A stretch of 64,000 nucleotides of DNA, taken from Callorhinchus milii (Eukaryota). The position numbers and the translations under genes were made by a program. This document shows positions 26,206 through 39,958 of the stretch, piece after piece; position 1 is the first letter of the stretch; each line of letters opens with the position of its first letter. Location of the stretch: positions 78,928,001-78,992,000 of the forward strand of contig NW_024704742.1 of NCBI RefSeq assembly GCF_018977255.1, in the 5' to 3' direction. Under the pieces are notes generated by a model that ran no database searches, had not been told where the DNA came from, and saw nothing but the letters and a program-made list of their open reading frames with translations.

Positions 26206-28961
26206 ACAAACATGTTTTGATGTTCCCAACCCACAATCTTCTAACACAGAAGCATATCACTTACTGAGCTAAAGTGAAACGCAAGTTAGGTCAGATGGAC
26301 TGATGGACTCACCTGTCTCAAAGAGTTATTACAATATGTGATGATTGATATTATTATTATTATTATTATTATCCACCTCAACTCCCAAGTATATTAATGT
26401 ATGTTCTATCTCAAATCCCCAGTAATTTGTGTCGCTACTTACGGATTCCAATAGAATAGTACTCAGCTTACTTTATTATTGAACCATACTTTGAATTTAT
26501 AATCCTGATGTTACTTCCCTTTATTACTCTAAATTTTTAAATGTGGCACATTTCCATTTTATGTCATTAACTGTGCGGTGACGAAACTGTCCCACAATAT
26601 TGTGCTTTTTCTGAATATCGGAGCGAATTTAATAAAGATGTTACGCTGCACTGATGCTTTCACTATACTTAAAAGGCTGATAGATTATTTCTTACATGTA
26701 GTACTGCAGTAGTACATGTAGTATTTCTTACAGCGCCTTGGGACGTCCTCCCGAGGTGAAAGGGAATAAATTTAATTTTGTTGTTGTTGTTGTTGCAGGG
26801 ATATTCAGAAGGGAGCTGAATTTATTATGGTATAAGACTTTGATCTAATAAATGGGCATTCCTACAGTGAATGAATATGGGACCAAGCCTGATAAATTAC
26901 ATTGCTATAATACCATGATGCAGCTTACGACTTGACAAGGATTTTTGTTTTGAATTAGATAGAATCTTTAGAGCTGAAATTAATAACATTCCCAGTAAGT
27001 GCAGCATAATTCTTTGAAAGCTTCACTTTAAGACAACTATGAGTGCAATTTGTACCCAGTGCAATGCTTCGGAAGACAGTTTCCTATTTTAAGAATATTT
27101 TATGACATTAGAGATCGACAGTAATGGGAGAGACCATCAGGACTTGGGCAAAGTGGAAGAGGGTAGAAAGAAAACATACTTCATTGTGGGCTGTTCAGCA
27201 TTCAGCTCACTCTGCCCTGTTTGATTTAAAATTACCTGTCAAGTCTGCATTGCACACTCTAATCCCACTCTCCTGCTCACTTCTCTTACCCTTTAACATT
27301 CCTAATTTTCAAGCACCTATTTAATTCCCTTTTAAAATAATCTATGAACTGTGTTTCAGCTCTGTGGAAGAGAATTCCACACAATCTCTGCATACAGAAT
27401 TATTTGTTTAACCTCCCCTTTAATTCTTGTAGTGAACATCTTAAATGTGTGCCTCTTTGTTACTCACTCAATGACCAGTAGAAATATCTATGGCTATTTA
27501 TCCTGCCTTTGCAACCTTCAAGAACTCTATAAAATTACCCCTTAATCTTCTTACCTAGGCTCTGATGAGGGAATACCAGCCAGTATCCCTGCTACCAATC
27601 ATAGAATATTATTACGGATATTATTTCCTCCTATTCCATTCTTAATTGTTAAATAACCTGTGAGCACTAATTGTTTGAACTCACACAAGGTCATTTGAAT
27701 CCTTTGGATGAGACTTTAAAACAAGGTCCCATCTGCCTGTTCAGGTGGATATTGAAGATCCAATGACACTATTCCAAAAGAGAAGGGAGCTTCTCTCAGT
27801 GTCTTGGCCAACAATTCCTCAGATAAAAATTATTTACTCCCTTCATGGTTGTTTGCTGCACCCCCTCCAAGGCAAGTACGTCCTTCCTTAAATAAGGAGA
27901 CCAAAATTCCAAAACATCTGGATTAATTTAAAATAAGAGGAAAAGTGCTATCCGCACATTTAATATTGGTTCAGGTTTTCAATGGCATTATACACACAAT
28001 AATCCTAGCGCTTCGCTCAATTCAGCATTAGTTGGCTAATCTTTCTGCTTCCAAATGAAAATCAGCAATTACGAAAATGACAAGGAAGAAAGCCTTTGAT
28101 GAATAACCTCATTTTTGGAAGAAGTGGGAGGCTGGAGAGTGCTTGTCTCTTTTTAGTCACGCTTTGTCTGACATCAATGGAGTACTAAAAATCTTTAGAT
28201 TCTAGTGGCAGCAACAATGTAAACCATTAACTGGCTTACATTAATAAGTAGAATACAATGGATAAGCCTCAGCTAAGTGTGTGTGTGAATAGAAAAGTGG
28301 ATACGTGTTTTTGCAAGGTGGTCTCTACTCCAAGGCTCCCATCAGTGAATATTAGACAGTGAGGTTTAATACAACAACTTACACTTATATAGCACTCTCC
28401 ACGCAGGGTAGCTTCTCAGAGGGCTTTACACACTGATCATTAACACCAGCTAAATATGCAATGGGGTTTCTATTTTAAATATTGTGATCTATTTTGTGAT
28501 ATTCACAAGCTTGATTCAGTTCACTAATTGTGACATTGTGATTTTCAGTTTGTGAAGAGCAATTTTGCAAAACAGCTCATTGTGAATCTTGCCAGACAGC
28601 AATATCAATGGTAAATTCTGCAGTTTTTACTGGTTAGATTCCAGCAGTACCCCAACAAACACCCTGGGGTCCCAAATCCTTGACTCTTGCAAACCTGTAC
28701 CTCATACTTTTGGAATTTGGCAAGCATAGTCCATCCCTCTGGAAAGCAAGTGCAGATTCTATTTCAGACATAGGAATGTCCATGTGTAAATGGCATATGT
28801 ATGTAGAATTATCAGTCTGGTATGGATACCGTTAAGCACAGTGATGGATTTCTGCATATTAGGGGATCAGCAATCAGGGAACACTTAGAGGCCAAAAATT
28901 TCACCTAGTCTTAGCTTATAAGACTATTTTGACATAAACTGAAATTACTATTTTGAAATAA

Positions 28962-29400
28962 AGTGGCGTCCTGTAGTATAGTGGTTAGCATGCTTGCTTC
29001 GCAGGCGAGAGGACCCGAGTTCGATTCCTGGGCAGGGCAAAACCTTAGGCAAGTTTCCTTACTTCACAAGCTTCTGTTTACCTGGCAGTAAATAGGAACC
29101 GGTTGTTAGTCGATTGGCAGATTGCTTTCTGGGGGCAATAATCCCTCAATATTATTACTTAATCCATGACTGATTGTGGGACACTACGGGGCACAATTGG
29201 AGGTCGGCTGCCATTTCACAAAATACACAATCAGTCTACTATACAATATATTGTACTTCACACCGTGAGGTTGTCCTTCCAACGTAAAAGACACTATACA
29301 AATGTAATTTGTTGGTGGTGGTCTTGTTATATTCTGTGAAGCACTTTGAAACATCTCAACGATGTAATACTGCGCTATAACAAATGCAAGGATTATTATT
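28962..29400 (+). mobile_element. SINE type B with a short L2-type tail inserted
   Basis: Head gtggcgtcctgtagtatagtggttagc...gttcgattcc; core ctgtttacctggcagtaaataggaacc. Confidence 0.85.
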
Positions 29401-29729
29401 ACGTAGCATCCTCCACATCAGAAGGATAGGTTTTTTAATCTAACGTTTATGATTGTGCAGAATTGTGGAGAATGTTTAAATTCAGGCTTAATTTATTTTT
29501 TAAGAATGATAAAAAAAGTCATCAAATTGAAATAGAATTTAAGAGTTTTCTAAAATTCTGCACAAATTTAAATTTGAAAGCAAAATGGTCTAACAGGTTA
29601 ATACTAGGGACAAATAAAAATCAGTCAGGGCTCCTATTGTTCGTCACAATCCAAGTGCTTCTGGCAGAACTACGTGTGTGGACACTGAATGAAGACACGC
29701 TCAGTTACAAAGGTCACCATGACATAATG

Positions 29730-30040
29730 GGGCTCACAAGCCCGAGAGACAGTGGAGAGGAAAATATCGAGGATGATCCCCAGGATTGGAGGAATGAACT
29801 ATGAGCAACAAATAAACAATCCAGCGCTCTTCCGTGTTGAGAAAAGAAATCTCGGAGGAATCCTTATGGGGGTGCATAACAATTTTATATGGGTTTGAAA
29901 AAGTAAACCCAGAACAATACTTTAGGCTGCAAGGGGATTGTAGAAGAAAAAGACAGGTTTAGAATCGCAAAAGAGCAATTTAAGGACAGACGCCAGGAAT
30001 TTTTTCTTTACCCAGAGGGTAATTAATGACTGGAAGAGCC
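29730..30040 (+). mobile_element. Degenerate CR1 3' fragment
   Basis: aggatgatccccagg...aactatgag...gagaaaagaaatctcggagga...tttacccagagggtaattaatgactggaa (FTQRVINDW). Confidence 0.65.
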
Positions 30041-30299
30041 TATTTCACTTGAACCAATCTTGTGATCTTGTTAACATTTATGTTGTTCGAATAGGCAATT
30101 AATAATTAATAATCACAGTTAAGGATCAACATGAATGATGGCCACTTGGGTGAAGAAATGTCTTCTCTTGGAACCAAAAAGGTAAAGGGGATCCAACAAG
30201 TTCACAAGTGAGATGGGAGGGAGTGTAATTGCCGAAAAAAGAGAAAACAGAGTCCTTCTATATGACTGTAATCTCATACCTCGAAAGAGGAAACAAAAT

Positions 30300-30315
30300 C
30301 CAATAGAGGGCAGCA
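30300..30315 (+). promoter_or_regulatory. Candidate CTCF-binding motif
   Basis: CCAATAGAGGGCAGCA versus the consensus CCASYAGRKGGCRS, one core mismatch, in non-repeat sequence. Confidence 0.35.
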
Positions 30316-31234
30316 AAGTCAGTCAGTGGTACTGAGACAATGCCGCTTCTGAATATGAACTGCAGTGAATGGTGAAGGACGGACAGTTTGTCAAGATTTG
30401 TTTCAGTTAGTGTCAAACCATAGCTCTTCTGTTCAGCTTTAGTTTTGCTCCAGCAAAATAATGATAACCCTTACATTGGATACGCACCTTTCACATCGGG
30501 AGGATGTCTCAAAGCACTTCACAGGATTCAATGTAAAGTGAGTGTTGTGAGGCGAATATATGTTCACTGACACAATTATTGTTAAGTAGATAATGTGTTT
30601 GGAGTAGAGGTTGCTTTGAAACTGACACAACCTAAGAGATGTTTGGGGTGATCTAAATCTGTGTCTATATTTACTCTAATAATGTAGTATTTCAGAGCAT
30701 CCAAAATTTGACAAATTCTTAAAAAACAGCCTTAATTTTGAAGCTGTATTTCGGTACTTTTAAGAACTACGGAAAATAATGGCTTCAAAGACTAAATTTA
30801 ATATCGAAAATATCCGGATGGTCTAAATTGCCGTGTTAATAAAGTGAATGTAGACTTAGGTGGAATTTCTCCCCTTTTATTTAGAAAAGCCTTTGGCTGA
30901 CTCCAATTGCAGCTTTCATTACTGAATGCTTTCTTTTTCTCTTGTACTCACACATAAAATGTCAAATTGCTATAATTCAGAATGATTCGATTTTGAATTT
31001 AGGCAAAGCAGAGACCTAATAGATGTAAAAGCTGTCAAGAAGGTAAAGGGAATTTTTTTTCTGGAACTCTCTGGAACAGGCATAAGCTCTCTGCAATGCT
31101 GAAAACTCCAGCCTCAGAATTGTGCCGTTAACTTGACTACAAAGATAAACAGTCACTACACTTGTCAGTAATTGCTATGAAGCGCTTTCAGGCATTGCAT
31201 CAATGGGCACTATAAACATATAAGTTCTACTTCT

Positions 31235-31335
31235 AAAACAGATGTTGCTGGGAACACTCAGGAGGTCAGGCAGCACGTATGGAGAAAGGAAAGTGAGTCG
31301 ACGTTTTGGGACCATGACCCTTTGTCAACCCGTTC
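31235..31335 (-). mobile_element. Penelope-like terminal fragment with a decayed hammerhead-like motif
   Basis: Minus strand gggttgacaaagggtcatggtcccaaaacgtcgactc...gctgcctgacctcctgagtgttcccagc resembles a common chondrichthyan repeat end (recalled, not searched). Confidence 0.55.
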
Positions 31336-31499
31336 TCAAAACTGCTTCATAGTTGACTTGTGTTAATTTAGCTCATAAGAGGCCGCTGAGATACTACATT
31401 TGGTCTCAGTGTTACACCCCTTGGCGAGAGACAGTAAACATTAACCGGGTTTTCAGTTCTAATTTTTACCCTTAGCTGGGAAACATAGATACGTTTTGC

Positions 31500-31880
31500 A
31501 GTCTGGCTCAGTTGGCAACATTCTCACCTCTGAGTCAGGTCAGGACTTAGAGCTCAGTCCACACACTGACACTCCAGTCTTGGAGGGAGCGCTGTATTGT
31601 TGGATTGCCATTCTTTGGATCTTATGTCAAATGAAGGTCTCATCTGCTTGTTCAGGTGGATGTTAAAGATCCCATGGCACTATTCAAAAATTAAGAGCGT
31701 TTCTCCTGGACAACGAGCCATCAGATAAAACTGCTCATTCACTTCATGGGATATTGCTGTTTGCAAATTTGCTTCTGTATTTGCTGATAAATTCACAGTC
31801 ACTACACTTCATAATAAATCTTGTGGACGATGTTGTGACAATGTGATGAAATGTTATATTAAATGAAAGGATTATTATTA
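31500..31880 (+). mobile_element. DeuSINE-like SINE (type A)
   Basis: Head ctggctcagttggcaac; core ttcaggtggatgttaaagatcccatggcactattc. Confidence 0.78.
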
Positions 31881-32559
31881 TGTTGGAAGAGAACAGTCAG
31901 GCTGTGCTGTGATACCTATGGTACTTATGATATTAGAGCATAACCTAAGCATTTTGAGGCATCGGCAATGTGTTAAGGCGCTATTTCAAATGTAACAATT
32001 ATGATTATTATTATATCACAAGTTCCACTGGAGCAGCGAAAACAAATTGAAGTAATAAATGGTGTGGTAGATTCTATCTGCTGCCAGAACTGCTGTTATC
32101 CTTGAGAGTTTACAATGGTTAATCTTTACATACTTTATTTCATTTCTCTACAAAATACACAGGCACTTTACAGAAAAATCCTGTGAAGCACATTGTGACA
32201 TGAAAGGCGTGATATTAAATATAAGGTTTTTTTATTTTCATGTTATTATGATATAAAATTTATGCCTTTAAAATCCTAAAGCCTTAACTTTGGAAAGATT
32301 GCAGTACACACTATCTGCCAGTCATTTTTGAGGTGGAAATTCCATCTGGATCTAGATTCGTTTTTAGCAATTTAGAGTGCCCAGAATTTGACAAATTGTT
32401 GAATTCAGTCATAACTTTGAAATGGTTCGGTAACGTACAGAAAAACGGCTTTAAAATTAAGACTGAATTTAATCATTTAAATTCCTTATCAACGTTTTTA
32501 ACACGTCCGGGCTCAATTATTCCAACAACCTGCTTGAGAGATTCCCTAGCTCCTCCCTA

Positions 32560-33000
32560 CACAAGCTGCGGTTCATTCTGACCTCTGCAGACTGTGTTCT
32601 CTCCCACCCTCACTTGGGTCCACTGGCTTTCCATTCCACAGCAGAACAAATTCAAGATCCACTTCCTCACTTTCAAATGTCTCCATCGTCACACCCACCC
32701 TGTGTCCCTACTGTCCCAGTCACTCCCTCCACTCACCAATCATTGTTTCATGTTCACGACCCGATCCACCCCACTATCAGTAGATGAGCTTTCAGCCATT
32801 CGGTTCCCCTCTCTGGAAATCCATCCACCTGGCCCTTCCCTGCCTGCCTTCAGAACGTGCCTTAAGGCCCATATTTTCAACTGTGCTTTCAGTTATCTTC
32901 TTCCCCACCTGTCTTAACACCCCCTCCCAGGGTTATGTGAAGCAGTTTTGAGATGTCCTCCCAGCATGGAAGGCTTCATATAAACGTAAATTGTAATTGC
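32560..33000 (+). mobile_element. L2 3' fragment
   Basis: ORF text VHWLSIPQQNKFKIHFLTFKCLH matches the L2 C-terminal motif; tail gagatgtcctcccagcatggaaggc. Confidence 0.75.
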
Positions 33001-33599
33001 AATTTTACAACTTGTAGATGTTCTGAAATGTTAAGAAAATAAAGAATAATTCTAAACCTTGGTTTGTGCCTCGATCTAACTGTACACTTTACTAGCAGGA
33101 ATTACGAGCTTGTAAGAAATCTTACATAAGCCCACAGTAATTTATTACAAAAAAAAACTATCAGGAACTTTGGTTGCCCGTAAAACTGACTATAATGGTA
33201 ATTGACTTGTCAGTTCCACTTAACAGTACCTGCTGGATGACATCTGACATGAGCACATGTATCACAGGCATATTGTACATGTACCACACAGGGAGCTGTA
33301 GATCATCTGCACCAGAGACACGGACCATTTATATTTCAGAGCTGGGCACATTTATAAGGCTGCTTCACCCATCTGAGAAGCCAGACAAATGAATCTCAAC
33401 TCCTCTGTCACCCGAGCAGCTCATTCTCCTCTCAAGTGTTGCCTCTCGCTACGGTGGTGTACCATGTGAGTGACACTCCGACACAGACACTTTAGATCCA
33501 ATTGCCCTTTGAAACTATGGCCACCCATACTATACAGTGGGAATTAATAAGGACAAACAAGTCGGTTGAAGGCCACGTGCTTTTGTGAGTCTGTTTTGT

Positions 33600-33845
33600 C
33601 TGCCTTCTGCCACTCTGCCCCCACCCTCTGGAACTCCATCCCCCAGTTCCTTTGCCTCCCCCGTCTCTTGCTTCCTTCAAGACCCATCTCAAGACCCTCC
33701 TCTTCGACCGTGCTCTCAATCACCGTGCCTTCCCCGATCCCAAACCCCACCTCGGGTCTGAAGCACTGACTGTCCAGCACCTTGTAACATCCTCCCGACA
33801 TGAAAGGTGCGATACAAATGTAATTTGTTATTGCTGTTGTTGATG
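33600..33845 (+). mobile_element. L2 3' end
   Basis: SAFCHSAPTLWNSIP followed by the tail catcctcccgacatgaaaggtgc and (GTT)n. Confidence 0.8.
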
Positions 33846-34289
33846 TTGTGGGAGGGGTGTGATGTATATTGTAGATAGTGTAAGAAAAAGGAGGTGATTT
33901 CTCTAAAATGTTAAATATTGGGTCAAGAGACATGTACATATGTGGGATGGTCATATGAGTATGGTCAGCGGTTGATTGGAATCAACTGGCTCAGTCGATA
34001 GCACTCTCAACTCTGAGTCAGAACGTTGCAGGTTCAAATTCCCAAATCAGGACTTTGAGCTCACAGTCTAGGCTGACATTTCAATACAGTGCAGCCTTAT
34101 CAGAAGTGCTGTTCTTTGGATTAGAGATGTCATCCTTCAGATAAGGCTTAATGCTGAGGTCCCATCCGCCTGTTCAGGTTGTCATTAAAGATCCAATGGC
34201 ACTATTCAAAAAGAGAAGGGAATTTCTCCCAATATCCTGGTAATAATCCCCCAATTAAAATTAGTCAATTGCTTTGTTGCTATTTATAA

Positions 34290-34645
34290 CATAATCCTTG
34301 CATTTGATATAGCGGCTTATCATGTCTTCCAGACATCTCAAAGTGCTTCACAGAATTTACTGTAAAGTGAATTGACCATACATTTTGTGGGTGAAGCACA
34401 GCAGCTGATTCAGCACAGACGGTCATGGATTGAGTGACCAAATTATTGTTATTTTTTTGAAGGGATTATTATCCCTGGAAAAGCGATTATCCAATCGACT
34501 AACAACCGGGTTCCTACTTACTGCTAAGTAAACAGATGCTTGTAGAGAGTAAGGAAACTTGCCCAACGTTTTGCCCTCCATGGGAATCAAACTCAGGTCC
34601 TCTCGCTTGTGAGGTGACTGTTCTAACCCCTATTTTATAGGATAT
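34290..34645 (-). mobile_element. SINE type B nested in a DeuSINE-like copy (33985-34790, +)
   Basis: The host 5' part ends near 34285 and resumes near 34645. Confidence 0.8.
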
Positions 34646-35329
34646 CGCTGTGCATAGATATACAAATTAGCTGCCAAGTTCATCTACTAAAATACACATT
34701 CACTACACTTTACAATAAATCATTTGAAGCACTGTTTGACATCTTGATAATATAAGGCGCTATATCAAATGCAATGATTATTACAAATTTCCATTTATTT
34801 GCATAAGTGTCTCCCCATTTTTGTTTGATTTGTTTGAGACTTTGTGCAGTTTAAAGCAGGACAGGTTCACTAAAACCACAATTTCTTTCCTTCTTTCACT
34901 ACTTGGTGCTTCTCCAAGGTGCCTAACTGTCACGCATCTTAAAATCCGTCTCTTAGTGAAATTATATCATTAAAGTAAAATAATAATAAGGTGTCAAGAT
35001 GGCTCAGTTGGTAGCACTCTTGCCTCTGCGTCTGAAGGTTATAATTTTGATCCCATGTTTCTGAATAAGTGCAATTCTTTTTGTACGATAACTTATTCAG
35101 TCACAATCTGGTCATTTCAATATAGAAAAACAAATTGAACATTTGAAAAAAGAAAGGCTTCATTAACATGAAATTCTTTATTCTTTCAGAGAATACAACT
35201 TTCTTTTTTTCTCTCATAGCTCAGAATCATTGCTCACAGCTCCACTAGACTCGACCCACTTACTGTCTTTGGGGGAAAGTTAAGCAGAGTCTCCTTCGTG
35301 TTGAACTGGCTCCAAAGGTTCTCAGTACG

Positions 35330-35810
35330 CAAGGGCACTGCTGATGAAAGACTAATCAGCCTGACTCATCAGTGGCAGAGAGAAGCCCTCCAAGATGCTA
35401 TCCTGCATGAAATGCACTATATTATTGCAAGTTGTTGTTCAAGGATTTTTCCCACCCAACTCCTGTTAATCCTCCCAAGCAAAACCTAACACAGGCAGTG
35501 GGAAAGCTTGCCACACAGAATTTTCAATGGCAAGCTATGCACTTTTAGCTGGTTAAACTCCATCAGTACCCCAACCACACTCTGGGGGTCGTCAAGCCTT
35601 GGCTCTTGCCAACCTGTGACTCATACTCTCTGAAATTATGTAAGCAGGATACACCTGTCCGATAGAGAGTGTGCATTCCGTTACAAGCTCAGGAATTTCC
35701 ACTTGTAGGTGGGAAGCATGGAACTCTGATGATACTGTTAATTATGATGATGGGTTTCCACATGTGTCAGACACCCATCTGACCAAAAATAAAAGATTCC
35801 ACATTGCTGT
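35330..35810 (+). repeat. Unnamed dispersed repeat, at least 6 partial copies in the window
   Basis: Blocks cagtaccccaa, ccttggctcttgccaacctg and gggtttccacatgtgtcagacac recur in whole or part at 28590-28860, 39835-39960, 49440-49880, 50030-50300 and 50880-51105. Confidence 0.75.
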
Positions 35811-38800
35811 ACAACTAGGAGAAAAACAGCTTCGGCTTTGGCTCAAGCTGCTTTGGTGGCTAAAATAACAATTCCAATTGAAAGTCAGGGCGAGTACTGG
35901 AATGGAGTCTATAAGTTGTTTAATCTTGGCAGCTGAGGTTAAGTGTTGTGGCAACAGTCAACAACAACAATAACAAGAACTTGCTTTTATATAGTGCACA
36001 TTATGTCGGACGCCATGTCGGAGTGTTTAAGTTCAAGACTTTACGAAATGAATACATTGTACATGTGAGAAAGAGACACACAACAGTTAACACAACAGAA
36101 CTCTGCTCTTCCTGTGTGGAACTGTTAGCAGCAATAATTCTCTCTTTGGGTGCAATACCCATTTCTCATGCAGTTGTGTGAGTTCCATCATTGTATAGTT
36201 GGCCTATTAAACTAATACTTGCCCAATTGGTTTTCCCATGGCCTATTTGTTGTAAAGACACATCACTTTTTATGAGCGAACCACCTCATTTTTCAGGTAC
36301 TGGCTGGGATCTTGGGTGCTTCAATAACCTACTTCATATCTAAAGACTCATGAACAGGAATTATATTATTTCTGGCCTTCATATTAAGCAGATGAAACAT
36401 ACACAGAAAACCTGATGGCTAACACTGGCGTTCATGTAGAGAGAAACCAGAGATTGTTTTTCAAGCCTCAAGACCTGCATTGTTTATTCATATTGGGCAT
36501 CAGTCAATTGCAGTGAATAATTCATGCAGGACCACAGTTCTATGGTCCGTAACTAGCTTTGATTTACCATGAACCCAACTGAACAGTGCGTCTTCTTTTT
36601 ACTTGAGATCACTATCCTGCGTAGGCATGAGCATGCTTATTATTTCAGCCCTGCTGTTTCTGATTAAGTGCAATTTTTCTAAGCTAAACCCACTCAGTCA
36701 TAACCTTTTCACTGGAAAAATCAAATTGAAAATTTGAAAAAAGGGCTTCATGTCGTAATGAAATATTTTATTCTGTTTTCTTTGTTTTCTTTTTTCTCAT
36801 TACTTATTTTTTCCCATTTGTTTGCATAAGCATAGTTTAGAAGGAGCAATGTAATCTCCATATTTAGGAACCAGCAAAATCCACTATTATCATTGCCGCT
36901 TTATTTTTTTTAAAAAAACTCAAACTGAACATAAAATGTATTTTGAGCAGTAAAGAAAACATAAGATCCACTGAATATTTTGTTGCAGTTGGATAATAAT
37001 TTCAGAATACTTGTCATTTTTCTCCTTTAGTATGGACTACTGAAAAGCCTATTTAAGAGTAAGAAACATAATAATTATTCTTATGCCTTTCACTTCTGGA
37101 GTAGGTCTCAGAGCGTTTCACAGGATTTAGTGTGGTGACTGTCTGATTTGCAGGTGAAGATAGTTTACATCACTACAAATGCTGTTGAGCAATGTTAATA
37201 TTAACACCAATATCACTGCAAATGCCATTGTGGTATGTTCTAGTAATGCACATTTAGGTTATGACCCATTGGAATTCGATAGGTAGAAGTCTTTTTGGAG
37301 TATTTCAACTCAGACCCTATTGTGTTTCTGCTTTTGTATTTCAATGCCCACCGCATACACTATGTTGTGACACATAATATTGTGTATTATGCAGCTTGTT
37401 ATCATCAACCATCCCAGAAAGATGGGGCAAAATTTGCAGTGTTTCTTAACATTTTCATTCACTGCAAATTGGACGATATTCTCTTCCTCTATTGCTTACA
37501 ATTAGAGTCCTTTCACTTTACAATAAATCTTGCAAAGAGCTTTGAGATGTCCCGACAACATGATAACGCACTATATCAAATGCAACGATTATTATTAATA
37601 TTATTTTCAAGTTGGTTTCTGGCCTCTTTTAGGTCTCTTCTCACCATGCACTGCTCCCTGGTTTTCTACCAATGTCTGCTGCTCAGCTCGTCACTGTGAG
37701 TTATGTGTAGCGGTTTGCAAGAGCAGTCCATCGTGACCTGCCATCAGATGACATTCCTAGCCTATGTGGAAGCACATAGATGGAAACATTGCTACATGGA
37801 GAAATGAGAGAAATGGACCTTGGTTCCTTTTCTTATACAATACAAGTTAAACTTTTATAGTGCCTTTCATGTTAGGAGGATATCTTAAAGCATTTAACAA
37901 TGCTGGATGGGCATCCAAGCCTGGTGTGGGAATGTGGGTAAGATGATTGAAAGCATGACCAAAGAGATGATTGAAGACGTGCCTTGAATGAGGGAGGGAG
38001 TCAGCACACTCACACATCCGTGTCCTAAAGCTTGTCTGCCATTTCCAGCTGCTGTTATAATCTGTGCCCTTGGTACTGCAGAATGACATGCTTGTGGTAC
38101 AATAGAACACAAATCTATCTTTTTCCCATTTCTTCACAATGACAACCAGTCCTGTTACTCATCTGATAATTGCAGATGAAAATGAGTATTTAAAAGCATT
38201 CCCAGGGAGAGAAACATATGAAAACATGGCTCTACCACCAGCAACAGTCTCTAATTAACAGTGGAAGTAATAAATTATTCTACCCCGGTGGCTGGGAAAG
38301 GTTAAATCTGCAGACCTTAAAGACTTTACAACATGCTTCGAGGGCATTGGCGAGCTGCTGTTCAGAAGCATCAAATTTGACACAGTTTAAGATGTTAATT
38401 ACTTCTGAAGGGTAAACCAAAACAAAATAAAGCTTTTGATAAAGAAGGGTTCTGCATTGGCGTCAGTTTTGCAAAACATACTACTTGAAAGTGCTGATTC
38501 ATTTTGAATTATCTGAAGCATATTTTCTGAATTGTGTAGAGGTTGTGAGGTCTTGGCTTTCCTGTAGTTCTCATTATTGTTATCAGCTACCCGGAAATTC
38601 CTTTCCTGACAATAAAATATTAGACTAATGTTCAGATCGACTTGGGAAAATGCCATTGGATAGCAACATTCAATTTGAAAGGTTTGTGTAATGAATATTG
38701 ATTTGTTAACCTAGAAAATGTGTGCTCTGTCTTTTGAAGCACTGTGAATACTGATTTAGTGGGCACCACTTCAAAATTAACAAGCCACATGTGAAACTAA

Positions 38801-39958
38801 AGATGACTAAAATCAAACTGGTGCTCGCTCTCCCTCTGAATGGGGAATATATGGAGTAGATGCCTTGCATAAGTAGTTGATGTTGTTTTCTTCATGTGTC
38901 AATCTTTTGTGGCTGTCTCAGTATACCTTTTTACAAAAAAACTCTTTCAACACAAATTCTACAATCCTAAATATTAAGAAAGAAAAGTCATACCGGGTGA
39001 CATTTTGAATCTCATGAGTACATTTCCTGGCTGATAATTTTCACTTCTCAATGAAGGTTAAATGTAGTTCATTTAACCTTCACGTTCTCCGGCTACCGGG
39101 GTCCAATCTGAGATCAGCAAAGTCAGCACAGAGCAAGAATTAAAGCAAGAGCTTTTCCTGCTATTTGGTCAATACTAATATCACACAGGTTTTATGTCTA
39201 TGGGTTTTACCCTTTCAAACTCAGTTTTACCCGATATATCTGCAGTGCTGTGCATGGGAAATTTACTTTTGTTTTATACTGAAGAGCTCAATTATCTATA
39301 ATTTAAAGATCTTTGTCATTTTGACAGTAAATATATGAAAGAGCATTGCAATTTGAATTAAACGAGTAGGTGGCTGATTGGCTGAATGTATGGGAAATAA
39401 AAATATCACCTTATTAATTCATATGACACATGTAATCTTCTTTGTCTATAATTTGTAAAGTGTGCTCTTAATTTAAGTTTATGCGGTATAGACTTCATGC
39501 AATTTTGTATCATCTGATGATGATTTATTTATATTTTATGTGAATATGTTGCAATGATTACTGCAACCTTATATCATAGTTTAACAATTTTAGTGGAAAT
39601 AAATAGGGGTGAAAATCATGACATATTCCATTGATGTATGGAAATATTAATTTGTATGGGTTGGAGTGTGTACTCTCTCCTAGGAGAGAATCAACATGCT
39701 CACTTAATTCAGGATAATTTGAGCACAGAATGACAAGAGTCAAGGCTTGGGGATTAAAGAGGGTGCATTTTCTTTTTAATCAGCCGGGTGGTTAATACAC
39801 GTGGAAACTGACATCATGTTTATGATTATTTAAACCAGACTGAGAGTCCCAGATGGAAATGCAGACCCACACATGGAAATTTCCTGGTGTTTGGAATGGA
39901 ATGTGAATGAACAACCTCTTTCTGGAGTTACGCATCCTGTTTACCTAATTCCAGAAAG

